Assembly: GCA_002269645.1 (NCBI GenBank)
Contig: NIVC01001695.1
Span: 1 to 64,000, forward strand
Origin: Macrostomum lignano
Taxonomy: Eukaryota
Length of the DNA stretch: 64,000 nucleotides
Direction of reading: 5' to 3'
Below, piece after piece: positions 1-22,840 of this stretch. Made by a program: the position numbers and the translations under genes. Below the pieces are notes generated by a model. That model was given only the letters and a program-made list of their open reading frames with translations. It was not told the origin of the DNA and searched no databases. How positions within the stretch are numbered: the stretch's first letter is position 1; the number at the start of each line of letters is the position of its first letter.

Positions 1-79
1 TTTTGTTCTTTGAAATCTTTGAAGTCTTTGAAGTCTGAAGGTTCTTTGAAGTCTTTGTTTGTTTTTGGCTAAAGAAAAA

Positions 80-725
80 TCTCTACCCCACTCCGTGCAC
101 CTGCAATGTACATTGAAGACAAATCTCTACCCCCACTCCGTGCACCTGCAATGTACATTGAAGACAAATCTCTACCCCCACTCCGTGCCCCTGCAATGTA
201 CATTGAAGACAAATCTCTACCCCCACTCCGTGCCCCTGCAATGTACATTGAAGACAAAACTCTACCCCACTGCGTGCCCCTGCAATCTACATTAGAGAAT
301 TGGAGACAAATTTCTATCCCTCTCCTTGCCCCTGCAATGTACATTGAAGACAAATCTCTACCCCACTCCGTGCACCTGCAATGTACATTAAAGACAAATC
401 TCTACCCCCACTCCGTGCACCTGCAATGTACATTGAAGACAAATCTCTACCCTCACTCCGTGCACCTGCAATGTACATTAAAGACAAATCTCTACCCCAC
501 TCCGTGCACCTGCAATGTACATTAAAGACAAATCTCTACCCCCACTCCGTGCACCTGCAATGTACATTGAAGACAAATCTCTACCCCCACTCCGTGCCCC
601 TGCAATCTACATTAGAGAATTGGAGACAAATTTCTATCCCTCTCCTTGCCCCTGCAATGTACATTGAAGATAAATCTCTACCCCACTCCGTGCCCTGCAA
701 TGTACATTAAAAACAAAATCCTACC
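80..725. repeat. 45-bp minisatellite (AAATCTCTACCCCCACTCCGTGCACCTGCAATGTACATTGAAGAC)n
   Basis: Tandem copies read directly; overlapping repetitive ORFs are artefacts. Confidence 0.9.
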
Positions 726-769
726 CCTGTAATACAAACAGTGACGGTCCCTGACGCTAATCTTCTCAT

Positions 770-9564
<8,795 letters not shown>

Positions 9565-9619
9565 CTGAGCAGGGAAAAATTGTTTCGGTTTTGAGCAATT
9601 TATAAGGCAACTATGGAGG

Positions 9620-11920
9620 AGAGTCAGGGTGAGGCTAAGGGCTAGCGTTAAAGAGTCAGGGTGAGGCTAAGGGCTAGCGTTAAAGAGTCAGGGTGAGGCT
9701 AAGGGCTAGGGTTAAAGAGTCAGGGTGAGGCTAAGGGCTAGGGTTAAAGAGTCAGGGTGAGGCTAAGGGCTAGGGTTAAAGAGTCAGGGTGAGGCTAAGG
9801 GCTAGGGTTAAAGAGTCAGGGTGAGGCTAAGGGCTAGCGTTAAAGAGTCAGGGTGAGGCTAAGGGCTAGCGTTAAAGAGTCAGGGTGAGGCTAAGGGCTA
9901 GGGTTAAAGAGTCAGGGTGAGGCTAAGGGCTAGGGTTAAAGAGTCAGGGTGAGGCTAAGGGCTAGGGTTAAAGAGTCAGGGTGAGGCTAAGGGCTAGGGT
10001 TAAAGAGTCAGGGTGAGGCTAAGGGCTAGCGTTAAAGAGTCAGGGTGAGGCTAAGGGCTAGCGTTAAAGAGTCAGGGTGAGGCTAAGGGCTAGCGTTAAA
10101 GAGTCAGGGTGAGGCTAAGGGCTAGCGTTAAAGAGTCAGGTTGAGGCTAAGGGCTAGGGTTAAAGAGTCAGGGTGAGGCTAAGGGCTAGGGTTAAAGAGT
10201 CAGGGTGAGGCTAAGGGCTAGGGTTAAAGAGTCAGGTTGAGGCTAAGGGCTAGGGTTAAAGAGTCAGGGTGAGGCTAAGGGCTAGGGTTAAAGAGTCAGG
10301 GTGAGGCTAAGGGCTAGGGTTAAAGAGTCAGGGTGAGGCTAAGGGCTAGGGTTAAAGAGTCAGGGTGAGGCTAAGGGCTAGCGTTAAAGAGTCAGGGTGA
10401 GGCTAAGGGCTAGCGTTAAAGAGTCAGGGTGAGGCTAAGGGCTAGGGTTAAAGAGTCAGGGTGAGGCTAAGGGCTAGGGTTAAAGAGTCAGGGTGAGGCT
10501 AAGGGCTAGGGTTAAAGAGTCAGGGTGAGGCTAAGGGCTAGGGTTAAAGAGTCAGGGTGAGGCTAAGGGCTAGGGTTAAAGAGTCAGGGTGAGGCTAAGG
10601 GCTAGCGTTAAAGAGTCAGGGTGAGGCTAAGGGCTAGCGTTAAAGAGTCAGGGTGAGGCTAAGGGCTAGGGTTAAAGAGTCAGGGTGAGGCTAAGGGCTA
10701 GCGTTAAAGAGTCAGGGTGAGGCTAAGGGCTAGGGTTAAAGAGTCAGGGTGAGGCTAAGGGCTAGGGTTAAAGAGTCAGGGTGAGGCTAAGGGCTAGCGT
10801 TAAAGAGTCAGGGTGAGGCTAAGGGCTAGCGTTAAAGAGTCAGGTTGAGGCTAAGGGCTAGCGTTAAAGAGTCAGGGTGAGGCTAAGGGCTAGCGTTAAA
10901 GAGTCAGGTTGAGGCTAAGGGCTAGCGTTAAAGAGTCAGGGTGAGGCTAAGGGCTAGGGTTAAAGAGTCAGGGTGAGGCTAAGGGCTAGGGTTAAAGAGT
11001 CAGGGTGAGGCTAAGGGCTAGGGTTAAAGAGTCAGGTTGAGGCTAAGGGCTAGGGTTAAAGAGTCAGGGTGAGGCTAAGGGCTAGGGTTAAAGAGTCAGG
11101 GTGAGGCTAAGGGCTAGGGTTAAAGAGTCAGGGTGAGGCTAAGGGCTAGGGTTAAAGAGTCAGGGTGAGGCTAAGGGCTAGGGTTAAAGAGTCAGGGTGA
11201 GGCTAAGGGCTAGCGTTAAAGAGTCAGGGTGAGGCTAAGGGCTAGCGTTAAAGAGTCAGGTTGAGGCTAAGGGCTAGCGTTAAAGAGTCAGGGTGAGGCT
11301 AAGGGCTAGCGTTAAAGAGTCAGGTTGAGGCTAAGGGCTAGGGTTAAAGAGTCAGGGTGAGGCTAAGGGCTAGGGTTAAAGAGTCAGGGTGAGGCTAAGG
11401 GCTAGGGTTAAAGAGTCAGGTTGAGGCTAAGGGCTAGGGTTAAAGAGTCAGGGTGAGGCTAAGGGCTAGGGTTAAAGAGTCAGGGTGAGGCTAAGGGCTA
11501 GGGTTAAAGAGTCAGGGTGAGGCTAAGGGCTAGCGTTAAAGAGTCAGGGTGAGGCTAAGGGCTAGCGTTAAAGAGTCAGGGTGAGGCTAAGGGCTAGCGT
11601 TAAAGAGTCAGGGTGAGGCTAAGGGCTAGCGTTAAAGAGTCAGGGTGAGGCTAAGGGCTAGGGTTAAAGAGTCAGGGTGAGGCTAAGGGCTAGGGTTAAA
11701 GAGTCAGGGTGAGGCTAAGGGCTAGCGTTAAAGAGTCAGGGTGAGGCTAAGGGCTAGCGTTAAAGAGTCAGGTTGAGGCTAAGGGCTAGCGTTAAAGAGT
11801 CAGGGTGAGGCTAAGGGCTAGCGTTAAAGAGTCAGGTTGAGGCTAAGGGCTAGCGTTAAAGAGTCAGGTTGAGGCTAAGGGCTAGCTTTAAAGAGTCAGG
11901 TTGAGGCTAAGGGCTAGAGT
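9620..11920. repeat. 32-bp G-rich minisatellite (GAGTCAGGGTGAGGCTAAGGGCTAGGGTTAAA)n, ~70 copies
   Basis: Direct reading; unit is built of TTAGGG-like variants. Confidence 0.95.
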
Positions 11921-12657
11921 CAGAGTCAGAGTGAGGTTAAGGGTCGGGTTTTGTTAGAGTGAGGTGAGGGTTTAAATGGAAATGCAAGATGAACTATTTT
12001 AACCAATAGATAACAAATTTAATCTCAGAAGTAAAAGGAATCTCAAAAGTACAACTCACCTCTAGCCGGGACACAACCAGGCAAGGCAGCGTTTCGTCTA
12101 AAAAATGGTAATTAAAATAAAAAATTTAAACTTTTTAACTGAGTTGCTAAGCAACCAGGTGTTGCAGGCGAACTTGAAAGAAATTAGGTTCCCACTGGGA
12201 CGCCAGATGCCTGAGATTATAGTCCCTGTAGGGATTACCATGTGTCAGCCTAATCCCGCCAAATTGGAAACTAATTATAATTTACCTGCGAAACTTTCTT
12301 TCGAAAGATTGTTAGTGCTCACGTACTTTTAATGTGCAAACAGACAGCTGGGTATAATCTGCTTTGCTGCTGCCCAAGCGGAACTGCTCGCAATTTACTG
12401 ACAGCTTGGCTGATTAGCAAACCAATAATTTCCTGCCATTTTTCAAACAAAACAGCATCGTTAAAGCTTCCGGATTATTTGCTCCAAGAGTCAAGACAGC
12501 CCAGGAGAAGACAAGAAGCTTTCCCCTCTCATTTCTTAGAATCTTGATTTCCTCGTTGGATTCTGCTGCACAATACCTGTCCTACTCTCCTTCATACCAG
12601 CATTTGCGGTGAGGCAGCAACGCTACCTAAGAGTGACGTCATCCAACAGCCCACGGA

Positions 12658-14459
12658 TTAACCTTTGTCCGCCGAGTCCTCGACTGCGGTGGCCTGACCG
12701 CTGCCGCTGTTGTCAAGCGAGTTCGAATAGGCATACGAGCTGTTGCTAAGGACGCTCTCCATGCGGTAGATCTCCCTGCAACGGACGGGCGTCGGCGGCA
12801 TGTGGCCTCTGCGACTGCCGCCGCTGCCACTGCGACCGTCGAGCATGTCGGTGCCGCTCGATGTCGATGAGCTCGAAGGTGCCCGTTCGGCAGCTGCCTA
12901 CGCGCCTCTTTCTCCCGTATTTTCCATGCCCCTCCCTCCGCCTTCAGCCAATTAACAGAGGGGTTGCCCTCGTTTTGGGGATTAGAAGTTGAGCTGGGTT
13001 GGATGAGGCTGACAATGAAGCTGACTGCGAGAAGCTTAGAGGGGAAGCGACCCGCTGCCTGTGTTTTTCTTAAGCAGAAAAGTCTAGAAAAACAACCTGC
13101 CCCCCCCCGGTGTCCCGGCCGGGCCTGATCCATTCCATCAACTCAGATTATCTGGATTTCTCAGATTATCTTCAAGCATTTCTGAATTTCCTTCTGTCGT
13201 AAAAGTTAAGGTCGGGTCTTCTTTTTAATTAAGCTGAGGTTATTTCAATTATTTCGTCAGGTTGCTCAATACAGGGTTTAGATAACACTGCTAGCATCTG
13301 CTAGTATTTGAGCATACAGGATAATAATAATAATAATAATAATGATAATAATAATAATATTATTATACTGATTACACCTGCCCCAATTCGGCCAGATGTG
13401 CAACCGACAGCTCAGCCGCAGCTATTGCGCGGCGCATCTGAAGGCTGCGTACGGCTGTTCAGTCCAAAGACTGGGGGGTCGCCACACGCCCTCAATTACC
13501 CCAGCTAATGCTGGCACCCATTTTACAGCTGGGTGAACAGAAGCAGTGCAAAGTTAAGTGTCTTGCTCACGGACACAAATTGTTCCAGTGGGATCGGGAA
13601 TCGAACCCCCGATCTTCAAGTCGCGAGTCCGACGCTCCTACCACTGTGCTGCAACCCTCGTGTACAGGATAAGTACACATTTTAAGTACTTAAGTCGGAT
13701 TTTGATAAGGAAAAAATATGTCCGGGACCTTCTACTAAAGGCAGTAGCATGAACGGAAAGTTTTTGAAACCCTGACCGCTGCAGGACACTTCAATACCCG
13801 TTGTGAGACACTGGGGAGTCAGCAGCCCTCTGAAAGCACCGTTGAAATCACAACAGGTGTAGATGGTACGCTCGGTATGTGCACAGGTTCAGTTGAGCAG
13901 CTGGCCGCTTACCAACTCCATCAGGACTTCGGTAGTACATAGCCAGGCTGCCCCCGCTGATTAGGCTTAGGTTGTCTCCGCCTGCAGCGCCTCCGCCGCC
14001 GTTGCCTCCGCCGATGCGGTCCATGGAGCCGCCGCTGCCCCGCGATCTGCGACGTTGCTGCAAGAGCAGATGCTGCTGCTGCTGATGCTGATGCTGATGC
14101 TGCTGCTGATATTGTTGTTGCTGCTGATGCTGCTGTGCGTGCCGCTTTACGCTGCCCAACTGCCGGTCGGGAGGCACCAGTTGCGCCGGGTGCGGCGGCT
14201 GCTGCAGCTCACCGAACTGCTGGCGAGAGCCGTTGTTTTCCGCAGCCGCCTGCTGAGCTTCGGCTTCCTCATCGAAGTCGCCGTCCTCTGGACCTTCGGG
14301 CAGCGGCTGCTGGTGCTGACTTTGAAGCTTCATAGATCTGCTGTTATGCTGCTGACGGAACTGCAGCTGCTGCTGCTGCTGATGCTGAGCTTTCTCGAAT
14401 CCGAAACTTGCCGTACGGCCTGCAGTTTGCGGTGAACGATTTTTCACAGCCTTGTTCAA
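12658..14459 (-). CDS. Probable 5' exons of a host gene (polyQ-rich exon 14459-13913 and Ser/Gly-rich exon ~12897-12660), possibly the SLC4 N-terminus
   Basis: GC-rich ORF MNKAVKNRSP.. with GTAAG donor near 13912; second exon bounded by AG and GT. Phases do not join the 9564 exon cleanly, so linkage is uncertain. Confidence 0.4.
13311..13655 (-). mobile_element. tRNA-derived SINE with (ATT)n tail
   Basis: Minus strand starts GCAGCACAGTGGTAGG (A-box-like) ..GGTTCGATTCC (B-box) and ends in (ATT)n; second copy at 3375-3612. Confidence 0.75.
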
Positions 14460-14499
14460 GCAGTGGGCCTTTATTGCACTGGCTTTTGGGTCCTATTAA

Positions 14500-14670
14500 C
14501 ACCGGATCTGAGTCCTATTTGCGGCTGATCTTGGGTCCTATTAACACCTGATCTGAGTCCTATTTACACCTGATCTTTGGTCCTATTTACGCCTGATCTT
14601 GGGTCCTATTTACGCCTGATCTTGGGTCCTATTAACACCTAATCTTGGTCTTCTTTACACCCGATATTAG
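14500..14670. repeat. ~23-bp minisatellite, inverted relative to 16478-17345
   Basis: TTGGGTCCTATTTACACCTGAT-like units are the reverse complement of ATCAGGTGTAAATAGGACCCAA. Confidence 0.8.
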
Positions 14671-15822
14671 AAGCTACTTGTAATACACAGAATTTAGGAG
14701 CAATCGCGATGCCTTTCAGTCCTTGAGCAGTGCACACAGTGGAGTACTCTCGTACTTTTTCGTGTCACCTCTCCCTAACTACACTTCAGGTGATAAAAAT
14801 CGTGCAGCAAAAAGCAAACAGATAGAATAGACGGGACATTTTTCACATGCGCCGAGAACCGGCAGCCGAGGCTTCAATGATCGATTGGCCTGCCGTGGGA
14901 GGCGGCCGGGAATAGCCCAGTGCGGAGGTGAAAGCTCGGGCCGATTTAATTAGCGTCTCAGCCTCCGCGCTCCATCTCTCTGGAGCAGTTTTCACCATCG
15001 AACCTGATCAACCGTGCGCCATCGAACCGGCACTCGAGACCGGTCTGCCCTCTTCATGTCACAGAAATCTAATTTCCCACATAACGGACTAATGCCCCTT
15101 GCTCCTGTGTTTCAAGGCCTAACGCGCCTGCGCTGATAAGAAAAAAGACCGCATTTATAGGGATGAAGTGCGGAATTAATCCGAGTAATCTGGTAAAGAA
15201 CAGATAGTCTGACCAAATTGAAGCAGACATGACTGTTCTGGGAAAAAACAACGGCCTCTATACTTGCGGCTGAGGCCATAGCCTAGCTCATAACTCCCAT
15301 AATTCCATGTTTCTCCAGGCTATCTTCCGCCATTCCGAAGCAAGCCACGCCCACCCCTAGAGACGGCAGGAGAGGAGGAATAACTACTTTTGAGCTGCCG
15401 AGTCCGCTCAGCCCCTCCTGTGCCGCTTCCGCTCTCCCCGGAAGCCGGAACCTTAGCGTCACTTAATGCAGCCTTCATTCGGACGGTAGCGAATAAAAAG
15501 ATTGATGCGGAGAGCCTTCTGAAGTTTCGAGACACAAGGGGGTTGTAGTTAGCTAGTTAATGTTAGTTTACTAGCGGCTCTGCTAGCTGTCATTTCGCCG
15601 AACCATTGCGCACGTAAGCTGGCACACCCTCCAACAGGGTGCACAGCCGCCCTGACTTTCTAATTGCTCGGCAGGTACACTATCTGTGTCTTGGAGGTTA
15701 GCCGTCGTCTGCGAGTAGTGTCCGTATTTGAATGAATTCTCAAAGATTCCAAGATTGAATATATGCATGAGTTTAGGAGTTTTAGTCAGGTTTAGTTGGG
15801 CTCCATCTTAGGTGCGACCTTA

Positions 15823-16188
15823 GGGGGGCCGTAGCCCAGCGGTAGCGCAGCTGCTCTGGTGTGCCAGCGACCCAGGCTCGATTCCAAGTGCAGTCACATT
15901 AATTTGGGGCTGAATTGGAATCTCGGCTTGGCTCTGCTCGTGCAATTAACGGCCTTGAGAGCCAACCCCCCAAGGCGCAGTGAAGTGTACATGCCTAACG
16001 ATAATATAAAGTTAGGGCCGCTGTACACTCCTGTGTGAGTGTGTGCCTGCGTACGTATCCGCACACTTGTATGCCTGCTCAGGGGAGTCGGCGGAATGGG
16101 CAGTAATGCCTCTCGCCGGTTGTGTGCCAATGTCGCTTAAAGTGCGCCAGGGTGCACACAACCCCCCTGCCTCTAATAAAAAAAAAAA
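15823..16188 (+). mobile_element. tRNA-derived SINE with poly(A) tail
   Basis: Head GGGGCCGTAGCCCAGCGGTAG..GGCTCGATTCC (A/B boxes, poor acceptor stem); A-run at ~16176-16188. Confidence 0.6.
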
Positions 16189-16477
16189 AGGTGCGAATTC
16201 GCAGGCGGTATATGATCGAGCATACGACCAATGAGTCTCTCAGGTCATGATTCACTGGCATCAGGGGAAATCCGTCCATCTGCCTTTCCGGTATTGAGAA
16301 TGCGGAGCACTTCATCTATGACTGCCCCGCCTTTACTCAGGACAGGCTCACATCTCATCCCAAACCCGGACCTACACGAAGTCTTCAAGCCCGAGAAAAG
16401 GCTACTGGGCGAGTGACCATCCGTATGCTGAACTTTCTGGAGAAGGACCACGCTGCGGACACCGGCACTCAATAAAT

Positions 16478-17345
16478 AGGACCCAATATCGGGTGTTAAT
16501 AGAATCAGATCGGGTGTCTCGTAAATAGGACCCAATATCAGGTGTAAATAGGACCCAATATCAGGTGTAAATAGGATCCAATATCAGGTGTAAATAGGAC
16601 CCAATATCAGGTGTAAATAGGACCCAATATCAGGTGTGAATATGACCCAATATCAGGTGTAAATAGGACCCAATATCAGGTGTAAATAGGACCCAATATC
16701 AGGTGTAAATAGGACCCAATATCAGGTGTAAATAGGATCCAATATCAGGTGTAAATAGCCATATCAGGTGTAAGTAGGTGTAATAAGACCCAAGATAAGG
16801 TGTAAATAAGACCCAATATCAAGTGTAAATAGGACCCAATATCAGGTGTGAATCGGACCCAATATCAGGTGCAAATAGGATCCAATATCAGGTGTAAATA
16901 GGACCCAATATCAGGTGTAAATCGGACCCAATATCAGGTGTGAATCGGACCCAATATCAGGTGCAAATAGGACCCAATATCAGGTGTGAATCGGACCCAA
17001 TATCAGGTGCAAATAGGACCCAATATCAGGTGTAAATCGGACCCAATATCAGGTGTGAATCGGACCCAATATCACGTGTAAATAGCCATATCAGGTGTTA
17101 GTAGGTGTAAAAAGACCCAAGATAAGGTGTAAATAAGACCCAATATCAGGTGTAAATATGACCCAATATCAGGTGTAAATATGACCCAATATCAGGTGTA
17201 AGTAGGATCCAATATCAGGTGTAAATATGACCCAATATCAGGTGTAAATAGGATCCAATATCAGGTGTAAATAGGACACAATAACAAATGTAAATAAGAC
17301 CCAAGATTAGGTGTAAATAGGACTCAAGATCAGGTGTTAATAGAG
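16478..17345. repeat. 23-bp minisatellite (AAATAGGACCCAATATCAGGTGT)n
   Basis: Direct reading. Confidence 0.9.
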
Positions 17346-18144
17346 TTTGAGGATATATTTGAGTGGAAAAATCAAATTTCACTGGATCGTCTCAATGGCA
17401 TCACCATTAGATTTTGTTTCCGCCAGATTGTGCTACCAGATTTCCCACTCTCGATGTATTGCACTTTGATCCATCTTGAGAATGGCAGCTTTTGAGTGAT
17501 TAAAGGACTCTGGGAAGGTGGGTCTTCTAGCAGCCGGATACTACAGTGGAACAGCAATTGGGAAAAAGGGGAACACATAAGGAGGATTGAAGCAAGGGAA
17601 GACAGACGGGCCACAAGCTAAGGGACATCGCATTGCTACAAGCTTTGCTTCCTCGGGAGACAAAATGTGAGAAGAATTTTTTAAGGGGAGCGGAAAAGCA
17701 AAGCCTCAGCAGCTTCGCTTTTAATCCCCACCCCCTGCAGTCTCGGGCACGGGAAGAGAGGCGGAGCAGACGAAGCAGGGAGGGGGCTGGGCGGTTTTCC
17801 CGGCATGCAGCGACAGCAGCAGCCGATCCGCAGTGCTCGGCTGAGCGTGGATAAATAAATTCTTCGAGTCTCCGCAACTCGGGCGCCTGCGGTGCACTCG
17901 GGCCGCGGCAGGCGCCGCTCCGGTGAGCGCTCAAGCCGGATGTACTTTTGCTCTACACTGCTCCGCCTTAGTTGCGGTGGTTTGAGTTGAGTCGCAATGA
18001 TCCGGCAAAAGGAATCCTTTCAAGGTCTCAAATCATTGCCTGTGTGCTGAGTTCCCGCGCTCACAAAGTAATTTGGTTAAGAGGCTTTGGACGCCTAATC
18101 CAAATAGTGTGTTTACCCTGCAAACTTTATTGAAGCATCAAACT

Positions 18145-19045
<901 letters not shown>

Positions 19046-19514
19046 TCAATCGCTCGTCGAAGGTGAAAGAAATTTATACTCGCATGAGTTATACAGTAGT
19101 TCGTATTTATACCTCCCAGATGCTCCCAAATTTGGTATCTGCTGTTGTCAGATATTTGCCTGAGTTGTCAGTGTTGCCAAGTCAGCTCTGTGTGGGCGCC
19201 AAAAACTGGGGCAGAGCCGCGGTTTCAGCAGCAGGTGCAAAGCAGCCAGCAGCAGGCAGTGGGTTTTAACATTGGATGTTCGCACTTTACTGCCGCAATT
19301 TAGGGAGAAACGAATCTCTGGATGAGACCGCCGTGTTTATGGGTTGTGGAAATCACAGCACTGACTTCAGTGCAAAACTGTTTTCCTCTGGTTTGCGTGG
19401 GCGTTTTTGATGCCTCCTTCAGACTCATAGGAGAGTCAGAAAAGCGAGCCAAATTATAATAATAATTCTGGGAGTTACTCCGCCCTCAGTTTGGACATAT
19501 GAGAATATATTGGA

Positions 19515-20570
19515 GAGTGCTCAATGCGGACATGTGAATATCAGAGAGTGCTCAATGCGGATATGTGAATATCAGAGAGTGCTCAATGCGGATATGTGAA
19601 TATCAGAGAGTGCTCAATGCGGATTGATATGAGAATATCAGAGAGTGCTCAATGCGGATTGATATGTGAATATCAGAGAGTGCTCAATGCGGATTGATAT
19701 GAGAATATCAGAGAGTGCTCAATGCGGATTGATATGAGAATATCAGAGAGTGCTCAATGCGGATGGATATGAGAATATCAGAGAGTGCTCAATGCGGATG
19801 GATATGAGAATATCAGAGAGTGCTCAATGCGGATGGATATGTGAATATCAGAGAGTGCTCAATGCGGATTGATATGAGAATATCAGAGAGTGCTCAATGC
19901 GGATGGATATGAGAATATCAGAGAGTGCTCAATGCGGATGGATATGAGAATATCAGAGAGTGCTCAATGCGGATGGATATGTGAATATCAGAGAGTGCTC
20001 AATGCGGATTGATATGAGAATATCAGAGAGTGCTCAATGCGGATGGATATGTGAATATCAGAGAGTGCTCAATGCGGATGGATATGTGAATATCAGAGAG
20101 TGCTCAATGCGGATGGATATGAGAATATCGGAGAGTGCTCAATGCGGATATGTGAATATCAGAGAGTGCTCAATGCGGATTGATATGAGAATATCAGAGA
20201 GTGCTCAATGCGGATATGTGAATATCAGAGAGTGCTCAATGCGGATTGATATGAGAATATCAGAGAGTGCTCAATGCGGATATGTGAATATCAGAGAGTG
20301 CTCAATGCGGATATGTGAATATCAGAGAGTGCTCAATGCGGATATGTGAATATCAGAGAGTGCTCAATGCGGATTGATATGAGAATATCAGAGAGTGCTC
20401 AATGCGGATGGATATGAGAATATCAGAGAGTGCTCAATGCGGATATGAGAATATCAGAGAGTGCTCAATGCAGATATGAGAATATCAGAGAGTGCTCAAT
20501 GCGGATGGATATGAGAATATCAGAGAGTGCTCAATGCGGATGGATATGTGAATATCAGAGATTGCTCAAT
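19515..20570. repeat. 29/35-bp minisatellite (GAGTGCTCAATGCGGAT..GAATATCAGA)n
   Basis: Direct reading. Confidence 0.9.
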
Positions 20571-21130
20571 GAGGATCTGAGAAATTTTCATATCATTAGC
20601 AAAATAAGTGCATCCATGGGGAGTAGATCTACGATCCTCAAGCATTACGACTCTCGAATGCCACCGGGACTCAGAGGCAGACACAGGCAAGTCAGAGTAC
20701 TCCCAGAAGCAAGCTCTAAGGCCCACAGTTGCTTGGGAATAATGGACAGGAGTCCAGAAGATGAGCGGAAGGCCCTGCACTCCATCATACGGGCCAGTAA
20801 GCCCGGAGGATCAATAGCATTAGATCCTAATGCTGGAATTATCTGTAAAGAATAATGCATTAGTGCAACACTGCCCAGAATCCCCTGTTTCAGAGATGAG
20901 ACCAGCCAAGCATAGAGCATCTGATGAGTCTACAGCCGCCATAGCATTGTTGCAGTGCATCGAGTGACGCCAATTTTAGCACGCCTCCGCCCTTTAATGT
21001 GACGGAAATAATTTAACTCCATTGTTTACCCTTATGATCCCGCGTTTTGTAACTTTTTCCTGCCTTGCTTAGGAGGGTGAAGCTGGATGCAAATTGTGAT
21101 GGAGGAGTTTGGAATTAAAACTGCAGAGAT

Positions 21131-21561
21131 GCCCCGATCCCAACTGAGGCGCCCCGATCCCAACTGAGGCGCCCCGATCCCAACTGAGGCGCCCCGATCC
21201 CAACTGAGGCGCCCCGATCCCAACTGAGGCGCCCCGATCCCAACTGAGGCGCCCCGATCCCAACTGAGGCGCCCCGATCCCAACTGAGGCGCCCCGATCC
21301 CAACTGAGGCGCCCCGATCCCAACTGAGGCGCCCCGATCCCAACTGAGGCGCCCCGATCCCAACTGAGGCGCCCCGATCCCAACTGAGGCGCCCCGATCC
21401 CAACTGAGGCGCCCCGATCCCAACTGAGGCGCCCCGATCCCAACTGAGGCGCCCCGATCCCAACTGAGGCGCCCCGATCCCAACTGAGGCGCCCCGATCC
21501 CAACTGAGGCGCCCCGATCCCAACTGAGGCGCCCCGATCCCAACTGAGGCGCCCCGATCCC
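21131..21561. repeat. Perfect 20-bp minisatellite (GCCCCGATCCCAACTGAGGC)n
   Basis: Direct reading; no spacers. Confidence 0.95.
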
Positions 21562-22467
21562 AAATATGGAGATTTGATTCCCATTATCACTCCAGCTTCC
21601 ATTAAAAGACCTCTTGATCCCCATTAGCTCCAATATTCTCAGATCCGTACTTCAGATTCACCGCTCTGGTGGCGCCTCAATTTTGGCTCCCAATTCAAGC
21701 GCCTCATTAGAGGTTGAAAATTGTCTCAAAGGCCGCTTACCCGAAGACTGATTGGCCGACATTTCTGGAGCAGATCAGCGATGAGGCCAAGCTGACCTTC
21801 TCAAAGCAATTTGCGGATTCTGGAACTCGCGCTGGTGAAGTATACAACTGGTTGCTTTGCTCTTCACTTGTCAGCTGTCTTCAAAAAACAAGTCTACTCA
21901 AGCTGTCCTTAATAAAGTCTCTCAGAAAGACCCGCGCGCTGGAACAAAAACTCCTGAACTTTTCTCTTCTGAGCTCTTTTGCGGCAGAAGTGAAGCGCTT
22001 TAGACGGCTAATCTACGCCTGCGGGCCTTTCTGCATGCTAATGCGGATCTAGGGGGGGGGGGGGGGGGGGGGGTCCGGCAGCTGGCAGTGAAGACCTGTG
22101 CGGATTAGGGAGGCGGCTGTCACCACTGCTATATGGGGAAGCTCAGCCAACTCTGCCGTCCAATTGTCAGCGAGCGATGCGGGCATTAGCTACAGCCCCC
22201 CCCCCCAGTGCTTTCTCCTCCGCTTCTCCCCGCCAACAGGGCTCCCCTGACAAAATCCCAAACTGAATCCTCACGGCCTTCTGTCTTCTGTCTAACGCAC
22301 TGTCTGTTTTCAATTGTTCTGCAGCCATTTATTTCAGCGTCAAAGCTGCATTCAACAGAGACCTCATTTTTCATCTCTTTCCCTGTTCTCCCCCCGATTC
22401 TCTGCGCTTCTTGATTTTTCCATTCTCTGTGCATGCTCTGTTCTCTTCTCTCCCACTTGCTCCAGAT

Positions 22468-22840
<373 letters not shown>

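Noticed and set aside
15823-15895. Functional tRNA gene
   Set aside because: A/B boxes are present but acceptor and anticodon stems pair poorly, and it continues into a body with a poly(A) tail, so it is a SINE head.
16010-16110. HDV-like ribozyme in the SINE (GGCGGAATGGG resembles the J4/2-P2 end)
   Set aside because: I could not build P1, P3 and P1.1 by eye; a descriptor search would be needed.
21131-21561. CRISPR-like array (also the other regular arrays)
   Set aside because: Pure tandem repeats without unique spacers, eukaryotic context, no cas genes.
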